From assembly GCF_036971445.1 (NCBI RefSeq), contig NC_091471.1, forward strand, positions 295,554,001 to 295,618,000: a stretch of 64,000 nt of DNA, given 5' to 3'. The notes under the pieces were generated by a model that was given only the letters and a program-made list of their open reading frames with translations, was not told the origin of the DNA and searched no databases. The stretch comes from Narcine bancroftii. Its lineage: Eukaryota. Both the position numbers and the translations under genes were made by a program. Positions 13,546 through 24,810 of the stretch are shown here, one piece after another (within the stretch, counting starts at the first letter, position 1; each line of letters begins with the position of its first letter).

Positions 13546-16500
13546 AACAACCAAAGTGAATAGCACTTGCACACGGGAAGAGACAGAATGCGTGGAGCTT
13601 CCGGACCCCGGGACGCTGTCGACACTCATAGACAAACCAACAACAATAAACACACCTTTGGCTTCTACAATATCGGGCCCTAATTATTAGGGCTCAAATA
13701 ATAATAATAATAATTATAAATAACAATCAAATACAGTATATTCCAATATTATGTAGATTTTCTTTCTTCATTCTTCATAAGGCCGGAGCCTTGAAAAAGA
13801 ATGATCTTTACCACCACTCTGGACCAGTAAAGTTTGTAGTTTGTGCAATGGGCAAGGGGCAAGGTCCAAAAAACAACAAAATAAAGTCAGTTTTGGGCTT
13901 GTCAAAGTTCTTCTGCCTCCTGTAGAAGATAGTCTTTATTGATGGGTCTGCTCAGAAAACTGGTTTTGTCCAGAACGGTCTCAGTTTTTTTTCCAGTTAG
14001 CCGGGAGTTTCAAGGCACTGAATCATCCATGATCATCATAATGTCTCCTAGTGTGAAACTGCGCCTGATATTAGGTGATTTCTGTCGTTCCTGCTGTTGA
14101 GGAAGATATTATTTAATCCATCTTTTCCAGAACATGTCCAACATATACTAAACATCTCCACCTGCTCCAAGCATATATGTCTTCCTTCTGAAACTGCCCT
14201 GGTGGCATCAATGGCATAGTCGTAAGGAGCAGAAGATGGTTCAGGGCAAGTGCTTCAAGGTCATTTGAAACTGTAGAAGCTTTGGTGATTTGGACGACTG
14301 TTGAGGATAGCCTCAGCTTCACATCAAACTGTGTGGAGATCCTCCTCATCAAGACTTGCACATTTAGGGTGGAATTAAGAACCTTTTGCACTGATCTAAT
14401 TAATCTTTCCCATACATCACCAGGATGTGAGCCAAGCAGTATCCAATTGGTTTCTTTCTGGGACTGTGTATTATGGATTTGACCCTGATTTCAGCTTCCA
14501 ATTGCCTCCCTCAATTCACGTTGAGTTCCCACAGGATTGGTGCCATTGTCAGATCATAGATCTTTCACTTGACCACGTCTGGCTGTAAAATGCTGAAGGG
14601 CATTGATTAAAGAGTCTATGTCAAGTGATGATGCCACTTCGATGTGAAAGTAACACTACAACGCTTCACAATACTCCTTCCATGCCTCACTTCAAAGGGT
14701 CCAAAAAAATCGACTCCAACATACCGATATGTGAAGGGAGGTTCATCAGGATAGACTCTGTCCGGGGCAAATCTGCCATCTGCTTGCTGTTGCCAAGGAG
14801 TAGCATTTATATACCAACAAGCAACACATTTCAACACAATTTTTTTGTGATTGACACAGGGGCACCAGGAATCCAATACTTTTGGCGCAGTCTGGATAAG
14901 ATATGATTGCTCTGCTAAGTTGCCCACCAACTCTTAATACATCATTTTACAGAATGGGGTTGAGTTTGCGAATGTGGCAAGTCCTTTTAACATTCATTCC
15001 TTTTCTCAAACTTAAGATTTCATCTGCAAATCTCTTCTTCTGGCAAAAGCAGATTATCTCCATTTCAGCATTAGCCAGTTCTGCAACTATGAACCCACTG
15101 TTTTTCTGAATCTCAAGATTTCCTGTCTCTTTTTATGGCAGATCTCTCTGGTGGATGTTATCTGCATGAAGCTGAGCAAGAATACTGCTTGCTTGTTTCC
15201 TCTTTCTGCCATGAAACAGAACAGAAGCAGTCCTTTAAGTCAGAGCATCCATGTTACTGCCCTTTTCAAAAGAGTCCTGAATGTGAAGTAATGGATTAAG
15301 CAAGTTACTTGGTCCATTTCTTCAGATGTTAGCTGAGCAGCATCAGAATTCTAAGGTGAGATTACTTCCAATTTATCAGGATATTGGGCCTATCTTCCTG
15401 AGGCCAAAGAAAAAACTGAGGCCTGGACACCTATATTTCTTTCTTTCGCTGAGTATTATTATTTTTTTCCTCCTAAAGGTCAATTAATCGTCCAACCAAG
15501 CATGATTTTGACAGCATAAGGTCCACCTCCCACACTCCATTTTACATCTACTGGTTCCAGAGCCTTTGGTACATCTGAGCCAATCAGCAACTTTATCTCA
15601 GAGCCAATTTCAGATAGATGAGACCACTGATTGATATTATTTTGATGTGAGATGTTTCCTTTGGGCCCAGGCATAGTCATCTGAGTGTATATACCCAGGA
15701 GATCACAAAATTTGCTGCTGTCCAGTCCAGCGACCACTAAGCTTGAAACAATGCTGGTTTCAATGACCTTCCCTTCATCCATAGTTCTCAATAGAATCCT
15801 TGACCATCTTTTCTGAAGATTAAGCTTATTCATTAGCCCTGCTCTAAAGAATGATGCAGTGCTACCTGGGTCAAGAAATATATGTATGCACTGTTTCATT
15901 CCCCTTTCTAGCCTTGACTTGTACAGGCACTATGGAGAGTTGGCAGTTATCTTCACTGGCCCCAGAAATACCATTTGTCTGTACAGAGGCTACAGCACTC
16001 TTTCCAGCTGCTTCCTTTCTTTCTGTTTGCTCCTTTTCCATTTCCTTCTTTCTCTGGTGAACGTGCAGCATCTGGGATGCTTTAAACCGCACATATTGCA
16101 GCTGAGTCACTTCCTGCAGTTTTTGCTGATGTGTCCTTTACATTGACAGCCAAAACATAGACCATTTTCTTTTAGGAAAGAGATTCTCTCACTACTTGCC
16201 CTCTTCTCCAACAATAGACACATCCCCAAAGCATGTCCACCTCCAGCCCTTCACAGCAGGCAAACTCTTCCTTTTCCATAGTTCCTTTATTATTATCCTT
16301 AAATGTAAATATCACAGTGGTGGCAAAGATACTTCCTTTTATTCTTGGAATAGGCTGTGTCTTGGACCTTCCTACACCTTTGCTCACTGTTTGAGTATCT
16401 TTGATATCTCCAAATACTCAATCTGTTGCAATCTTCACTTGCCTTTCAAGGAAATCCATCGTATCTTTAATGGTACCTCTTTGATCGTGTTTTTCCTGGA

Positions 16501-16690
16501 AATCACAAGCCACAGTTCTCCGTATACTGTAACCTTCAGCCAGTAGGCATCTTCCTTATGATATCTAGCATATTAGCAGACAGTCAAGCTCGTGCACGTA
16601 ATTGATACCTTCCATGGCATTACAACATCCTCTTAGAAAGAGGGTGTATGCTTGTAGAGTTTTTGTGTCATCCAGTTTTATTGATGACTA

Positions 16691-17535
16691 TATTGGGAAG
16701 GTTCATGACAGCACTGCCCCTACCTAATCGGAGGACACACCACCTGCCAATTGAGGTTTGGCCCTGCCCCATCTATTAGTGCACACCTTGCCTTAGGTCA
16801 TTGGCCTTTGTAATCATCTTAACTTTACTGGCATTGAGCCATTGGTCCCCCCCCCCCCCGCCCCAGTAAATTACCTGAGCTGGGCTCCACAGCCTGCCTG
16901 TGCTTGGCCTCGAGCTATTTAGCTGTTGTAATTGGATTAACTTTCCTGGCACCAAACTATTGGTATCCTGCTAATGACCTGGGCTGCACCCCCCCAGCTT
17001 TCCAGCACTATAAAGGTGCCATGTGGGCTTTGTTCTCCCTCTTTTGCCAGCTTGGGATCACCCTGTATGGCTAGAACCATAGAAAGATTGTTGATAAGAT
17101 GTATACTGCTAAAAGAGTTGGGTGCAATTTAATTAATGTCCCTGGTCACATAGAATTGTGCATCACATTGATTTTTTCCTTGATTATTGTATGTATCCGG
17201 TTTGTTGTGTGTGTACTTTGTTCCCACGTGATTTTCCCACATTTGTAATTAATTATACACGTTTGTACAATATGTTGCTATTACTTTTCCCATCCTCTCT
17301 TTTAAACTGTGCGCATTTCTTATTACCATCCTGACTTTTCCCACAATCATTAATAAATTGTTTCATTGCTGTAACTCTTTTTCTCGCCTGCTGTTGTAAA
17401 TTGTGCATGTGTGTATTGCATCTGTTGCCATTTTCCCACGGTTGCTTTCTGTAAATAAAATCCTTTACTACCAAAACTGTGTGTCCAAACTCCTTGCCTT
17501 CGAGACCAACCAAATCTGTTTCCTCACTTACAACA
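16691..17535 (+). mobile_element. Solo-LTR-like insert nested in BEL gag
   Basis: Interrupts the gag frame (…YMEKVLS | SSIKLDDT…); internal TATAAA ~17009 and AATAAA ~17454; ends CAACA; 5' end degenerate. Confidence 0.55.
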
Positions 17536-20439
17536 GCCATCATGAAAGAACTTTCTCCATATAAGGTGCAGCAATTTGATGCCAAAATGTTCCTGTAGTA
17601 AAGACTGAATCCTCTGTTCAAAATCATATGCAAGCAACTCTTTACAAGTTCCCTTGGCTGAACTCTTGTGTACTGTTCCAGATAATGGAGACAATCTCTG
17701 GGGTTTTTATTCTTGCTTTCAATACTGTATCTAAAAAATTTAATGAACGCATGGTACTTAAGTGGGTCACCATCAAAAACTTTAATCTCCTTCTTGATCA
17801 TGGAAGAGAGAGAGTGTAGCTGAATTAATAATGCAGTGATTTCATTCTGCCTCTCCATGACTAAGAATTGGTTCTGTTTATTGTTGCTTGTAGCAGGTAA
17901 TGTAGCTGGAGATGTCACATGTGGATGCTCACCTGGATTTCTGATGCTTGACTGGAGTGTGAAGGGAGCTGTGGTGAGAGATTGGATTTGAGCTACAGCT
18001 CTGTCAACGGTTGTTATTATTGGTGTTTGTGGATTGGTAGCGCCATGCTTTGGGAGGTTCTGTCCATGTGTGCGCGTAACTGCAAACAAAAGGATTTGCC
18101 TTAACATTAATTGTTTTCTTTTCCTCTAATCCTTTCGCAAAATATGATTCCATACCATCAAACACTTCAGATAAGTTACTTTGAACACTGGTCTCCTTTG
18201 AGGCTCCTAATACCTTCACTTTGGCCATAGTAGCACCAATGTTTGCTTCCAGCTCCAGCTGCCCTTCCAAGGTGCAATTATCCTAAAGCAATTTTTGTTG
18301 TACAAGAGCAGACACTTCAGTCTCAGCCTTTATACGTGCAGATGTAACACTGGAAACTCTAGAACTTGATCCAGAAGAACTTTGTTTCCTTTTCCTGCTT
18401 TCAGCATTTGAAACACTGTTACCTGCATGTCAGATGTTGCCTTAATATTTGACTCTTTCTCCAGTTTGAATTGAAATCCTTTGCATTTTCATCCTCGTCA
18501 CCACCATTTTGTGACACACCTTCAGCCATTTCCAAGTAGCTGATTATGCCTTCTGCATTGGTTTTACAGGTCTTCATTCCCATCAACCAAAGCCAACTCT
18601 TCTTCTACTGCCTGTTTCAGCCTCGCAATGAGAATGCTTTCGGCATCACTTATGTCTAGGTTTCGCCACCTCAAATTTGACATCTACGACCCGCAAGACT
18701 GTGATATATTGCACCTCAATTGCGATGCCAGCAGCAGCGGCGGTGGTGGACAATTAACACGTCTCCCTCCAACCAATCCACCAAGCTCGAGCACCAAGCA
18801 CACAGAACACACGCCCAAAACCAACAGTCCCCGATGGACAAGCAGCAGCACATCCAAATTGTTCAAAGTTGCAACAAATAGACGGAAGGAATCCGCTTCT
18901 GAAGGCTGTGATGCACTGCTGTCAATAATATTGCTGTGGTTCTCAGCAAATAATTCTGCCAGCGAGTACATAGGACATTCTGCTCTTGGGTGAGAAGCTC
19001 TGGGCCCCTCTGTGGACGATAGAGGTGGATTGCTGTCAGCAGCCTGCGCTCGGCATTCCCAACATATTGTTTCAGTATCGCTTCAAACCAAAGAGGGGAA
19101 ACAGTCCAAATGTTCCATCAATATCCATTCAATCCAAAACTCCAAGGCGTCCATGCAGTTTTATCATAGATGTGGCTATTTTCTGTTGACTAAAATGTGT
19201 GACTACTATCCATGAAAAGGCTGCTCGTAGGCTAAGTAGGCTCTTAACTGTGACACATTGGAACAAATTCATAGTAAATTCCAGATACGTGAACACAAAA
19301 GGACTCGTAACATGACATGGTTGTTGTATGAAACATGATAAACGTGGTAATGTCATGGTTACAGTCAACAGAAAATACTCACCTTCCCCATCTCTATCCC
19401 GCCATACCAGTCAATACAGGCAAACCACTCCTAACCCCACTAAACCTTCACCCACACACCAACAACCGAAGTGAATGGCGTGTGCGCACCAGAAGAAACA
19501 GAACGCATGCAGCTTCTGGACCCCAGAACTCAGCTAACACCCACAGCCAAACCAACAACAATAAACAACACGCTTTTGGCTCTTACAATCATTCTTCTTT
19601 CAGTGGCCATGAGCTAAGGGTTCTTTCACAGACAGACATAATGGTGTAGCTTATTTATGAATGGTAATGTCAAGACTTTCAACAAGAAAGGTTTCAAGAC
19701 CATGATCTAAATCCTTGTGCTTGGACGTGAGCTCATCCAATCGTTAGATTGTACTGGGTGAGTGCTCAGGGCCTGCAGGTCATTCATGATGAATGCAGAC
19801 CAGATCCTTTTCAGCTCTCAGAATCAGAATTTATTGTCAAGAACATGTTTCACAAAGTTCATTGTTTTGTGGCAGCGTTACTGTGCAACACAGCTGCAAA
19901 ATTTGATATAAATTACATTCCCGCAAATGCACGATGTAAAAAAAATTACTGCAAAAGAAAAGAGAAAGTGAGTGGTTCATTGTCCATTCAGAAACCTGAT
20001 GGAGGAGAGAAAGAAGCTTTTTTGTGCCATTGGGTGTTTGTCTTCAAGCTCCTGTACCTCCATCTATAATGGTAACAGTGAAAAGAGGACATAACCTTGT
20101 CTACCAGATCTCAATGCACCAGTCATCTCTCGAAAATGCCCGTTGCAAAGGAAGGAGAAAAAAAAATTGACAAAAATGGAACTGTCCAAAATGTGTCCAG
20201 AGAAAAAGACAACAATTGTAGATCTGGAACCTTGAGAAACCAAAGAGAAACTGGAGGAACTCAACGGACAGTAAACATTTCAAATTGGACCCTTTTCCAA
20301 GACAAAAATGTTGACAATTCCATCTATAATGTACAAGTGAAAATCAGTCACAAAGTAATGCCCATTGATCTTTGGATAAGGATAACTCTCTTTTTTAAAA
20401 AAAAAATCACACAAACGAGGACATGCCATTAGATTTAAC

Positions 20440-20760
20440 AAGGAATTTCAAGTGTTGTTCTTCACCCAGGCCATGAATGAGGCAAAGGCCGGACATGTCG
20501 CTGTAGGAATGATTGATGGAGAAGAAATGGTTGGCTACGAGAAGCTCATGTTTTAGCCCACAGAGTGTAGGTGTTCAGCAGAGCAGCCACCCAAAATGCG
20601 TTTGTCCTCATTGATGTAGAGGAGGCCAAAGTGGGCCCAACAAATGCAGTAGATTAGGTTGAATGTAAAGCTGTGCCTCACCTGAAGGTGCGTTTGTGAC
20701 CCTGGATGAAGGTGAGGGGGAAGATGTTGGGACGAGGTTTGCACTTTCTGCGATGGATGA
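20440..20760 (-). mobile_element. Penelope-like element fragment (GIY-YIG region)
   Basis: NLIYCICWAHFGLLYINEDKRILGGCSAEHLHSV resembles the Penelope IYCxxC..LYIGET.R.L..RF.EH motif. Confidence 0.65.
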
Positions 20761-22048
20761 TAATGTGGGAGGCAATTCTCCCACCAGGAGTGATGGTATC
20801 CAAATCACACTATTCACAGTAATGTCACTGCAGACTCTTTAAGTCCTAGCCTGGTCCCATACTGCGATGTGATATGGTCAAGGATATAGCTTGCTCTAAC
20901 AGCATAAAACATGAGCTGGGATATTTAAAAAGTAATTTCCTTGTTTGAAATGTATTCTCTTTGTCATTCTCAACACAGCTAAATGTACTGAGTCTGGTAC
21001 CAAGAGAACGGGAGTCCTAATTGCACAGTTGAGGGGGAGTCTTGACCGTGATTAGTTCTAGCACTGAGATTTGGCCTTAAACGTCAGCCATTCCGCACTG
21101 AGTTACTGCAGGCAGGACATTCAGGATGGGGTTTACATCAATGAAAGGGAATTTATCACAACCCAAAAGAAGGTGGCACATGGACCCTGGGGCAGGGTCC
21201 GCGCTGGGACAGGGTCTCCACCCCATCACCAGACTCCACCACATCACCAGGTTCCACCCAATCACAGGTATTTATATGGACTCTCCAGCCCTTCCAGTCT
21301 GCCACTGAACATACTGGTCTTAACGCTTTCCCAGTTCTGATGAGGTATCACCAAACTGTTTCTTCCCCTGCAGATGCTGCTGAACCCGCTGAAAACACCA
21401 AGTAATTTCTCATTTCATCTTGGATGTCTATTATATGCATTCTTGGTTTGCAGTGACAAATGGGCTGTTTCCCCCTCCTGTGAGAGAAGGAAGTGCCTAG
21501 TCTGAAAGGTAGCACCTCTGACAATGCTCATCTCCCTTAGCACTGCATTTGTGTCTGACAAAAGACTACGACTTGTAAGATCTCCCAATTTTATTTAATT
21601 CAGGATAATGTGGAGAAACCATGTCTCAGGAACCTCGAAAGGGTTAAATTTCACAAATTAAGTGTAGGTTGAGGCAAGGAACTGTGAATACAAGCATTAG
21701 GTGTAACAAGCACACCCTCTTCATATTACCAGAGTGCTTCTCCAACACTCCTGATGAAAAGGAAGCAGTGAGGATTGAGCCCTGCCTAAAACAAAGGTCA
21801 TCAAGACCTTTGTAAATTCAAGAACTTCTGGGAACAAGAGTCTCAAACTCTCTGAATTTTTCATTCTTTACAAACGTTGAACCTTCTCTTCCAAATATTT
21901 AGTTGGAAATGAAGAACCCTATTCCGTAATTTATTTTGAACTTTTAATTGCATATTTAATAACTTTCCTGAAATCCCTGACATCATTTCAATTTGTTTTT
22001 GACATTTGATTTATTTACAGTTAATGTGAGTCTTGCGCGAGGAAGCTC

Positions 22049-22402
22049 ATGACTGAAGCCACAACAGAATCACCGAGAATAACCTTCTCACTCTGGGATT
22101 ACGTCCTCTTGGCTGGGATGTTCACAGTCTCCATTGGGATTGGAGTATTTTTTGCTGTTCGCCATGGTGGGAGGAAGAAGGTGGATGAATTTTTCACAGG
22201 AGGAAGACAGATGTCAGCCCTACCTGTGGGTCTGTCTCTCGCTGCCAGTTACATGTCAGCCATTCAAGTGCTTGGAGTTCCTGTAGAGGTATACCCCTAT
22301 GGAGCCAAGCTTGTGCAGATGTGCCTGGGCCAAACACTGCCGATCACTGCCTATCTTTTCCTTCCCATCTTCTATCACTTGAGAATAACCAGCACCTATG
22401 AG
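22049..22402 (+). CDS. SLC5A5: Duplicated first coding exon, copy A (alternative exon or pseudo-exon), 118 codons
   Basis: [19 protein letters not shown]...ITSTYE then GTAAGC donor at 22403; acceptor-like TTTATTTACAG ends at 22020; ORF open with an in-frame 6-nt deletion relative to copy B. Confidence 0.7.
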
Positions 22403-24149
22403 GTAAGCAATTTCACCCCTTCTGCAATAAGCAATTGAATCTTTAAGTTTCTCTTGTAAATTAATTTCTGAAATGTCATTTCTACAAACCATATTCTTAA
22501 CTGACTGAAGACATTTAGACAATGCAAGAGCCTTACAGTCCAGAAAATAATTTAAATGTATTCATCCCACTGCTATTTTATATGTATACAGTAAGCTCCC
22601 ATGAAAGCAATGTGCTTATGAGCAGAGAATTCATTTTTAATGATGGGTCGGGTATTGGTCACCAGGACATTTGACAGTACTCTTAAACACCTCTGAGGTC
22701 CTCTAATACTGTATCTGCCCCTTGGTCATACCCAGATGCATCAGCTGTGCTGAAATCTATTGCATAGGACCCAATTCCCCAAGTTTCTGCCTTAGGAAGA
22801 AGTTACTTTGTATGGTCAGGATTCTGATGTGTGGCACCCTTTATCAATGGAATCATTTCCCACACATATGCCCTGTACATTGAGTTTTCTTGCTCTGAAG
22901 GGATGAATCAGTTAAGAGCTCCATGTTACTAACACTCAGATCTGCCTGTCTGACACCCTCTGCATCGGCTCCCTCTACTTTCCACTCTTCATATCTTTTT
23001 AAACAATTATTGAATTTGGTTCAGATATAATGAATTGTGTTTCATTATGTTTGTGGTGTAGAGGTCCATCTTTTGATCAGTCAATATCAACATCCTTAAA
23101 TCCCTTCCTCTGTCAGTCTGATAATAGGAATGGAATGCAAGTTTTTGAGGAGTTGGGTGATGAATGAAGTGGCTTGTAGAGCACAGAATCATTCTTTAGC
23201 CTCTTTGACCTATTCGAAAGCTTTTTTTCCCATCGTAACCTCATCTTTGACCTGTCCATCTTCCCCAACATTAACTCCTCTTTCTACCCCTTAACCCATT
23301 GATTCTCATGGCCTCATCACTGTCTGTCCTGGTGAAGTTCCTATTCTCTGATTGGAATTATTAGTGACTGGCTTGATTTGTGGCAGGATCTTGGGATTCA
23401 AGTCATGCTGCAACCATATAGAACATTGACTATGCTATAATTGGTGTGTTGTGTGCAATCCTGGTTGCTCTGTTAGAGGATGGATGAGGAGGCATTGGAA
23501 AGGGGACAGAAGAGATTTAAAAGGATGTTAGATGGTACAAGCCAAGGGAAGATGTACTGTATTTCCTATTGGGGATTGAGAGAGAGCTGGTGATGCAGTG
23601 TGTAAGGAAACATTGAATCTAGTAACTGTAATGCCATTCAGCATTACAGTGTCCATTGGAGGTGAATCAAAGTAAGACGTAGGGCTCTGAGGAGTGCAAT
23701 TGAGTCAAGTCAAGTTTATTGCCATCTGATTGCATAAGCACAACCCGACAAAACAGCGTTCTCCAGTCCTCAGTGCAAAACATGCAGACACACAACCAGA
23801 CATAACACACATATAGTCAAAACAGGATGAGTATTCATTCATACAAATGAATAAATAATGTTTTAGGATATGAAAGTCTTGGATGGTCAGTGTGAACAGT
23901 TCCTTTGGTCATTCAGCATTCTCACTGCCCGTGGGAAGAAGATGTTCCTCAGCCTGATGGTGCTAGCTCTGATCCTCCCGTACCTCTTCCCCGACAGGAG
24001 CAGCTGAAAGATACAGTGTGCAGGGTGGACAGGGTCCTCAGTGATTTTGTGTACTATCTTCAGACAATGATCCTGGTAGATCACATCTATGGGGAGAGGA
24101 GGGGTGAGGAGGTGGGGGGTGGGGGGGGTGAGAGCACAGGGATCCAAAA

Positions 24150-24810
24150 ATACAGATACATAATTTCCTGAAAGTGCGTCATTGATAAATAGGGTCAGAC
24201 AGAGAGTTGACACATTGGCCTTCATAAATCAAAGTATTGAGTGTAAGAGTTGGATGTTATGATGAAGTTGTATAAGACATTGTTGAGGCCAAATATGAAG
24301 CAGTGTGAGTAGTTTTGGTCACCTAACTACAGGGGGAAAAGAATCACGAAGATGAAAGAGTGCAGAGAAGATTTACTGGGATGTTTCCGGGACTTGAACT
24401 GAGTTACAGGGAAAGGTTATACCTTTATTCCCTGGAGCATCGGGGAATTAGGGAAGATTTTATAGAGGTATTTAAAATTGAGGGATGTTGATGGAGTAAA
24501 TGAAAGTAAGCTTTTTCCACTGAGGTTAGGTGAGAAACAAACTGGAGGACATGGGTTAAAGGTGAAAGGGGAAAAGTTTTGGGGTAACATTAGGGGAACC
24601 TTCTTTTCACAGAGAGTAGTGGAAGGGTTGAACAAGTTGCTTCAGCTGAATTTTGAGCTCAATTTTGACATTTAAGAAAAGTATGAACAGGTACATGGAT
24701 AGGAGGGATATGGAGGACTAGAAACTGGGTGTAGGTCAGATTAATAATTTGGCACTGACTAGAGGGCGGAAGGGTCTGTTTCTGTGCTGTAATGTTCTAT
24801 GGTTCTATGG
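24150..24810 (+). mobile_element. CR1 LINE 3' fragment
   Basis: SKLFPLRLGEKQTGGHGLKVKGEKF..RGTFFSQRVV; tail ttctatggttctatgg. Confidence 0.75.

Larger units (their letters stand above)
12997..19587 (-). mobile_element. BEL/Pao LTR retrotransposon, degenerate, RT/RNase H deleted; LTRs ~12997-13669 and 19184-19587
   Basis: Direct-repeat LTRs (TGT...ACA in the 5' LTR); gag-like EIKVFDGDPLKY...YLEQYT; zinc knuckles ~16060-16160; protease FLDPGSTASF; integrase VGVDFFGPF, SDNGTN, VWERLIRSV; AATTAGGGCCCG next to the 3' LTR. Confidence 0.88.

Noticed and set aside
17253-18107. 284-aa ORF as a domesticated gag gene
   Set aside because: BEL gag fragment reading through into the nested LTR-like insert; neighbouring frames are broken.
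22049-22438. A second complete SLC5 paralogue starting at exon A
   Set aside because: No exon 2-6 equivalents were found between A and B; only one downstream exon set is present.
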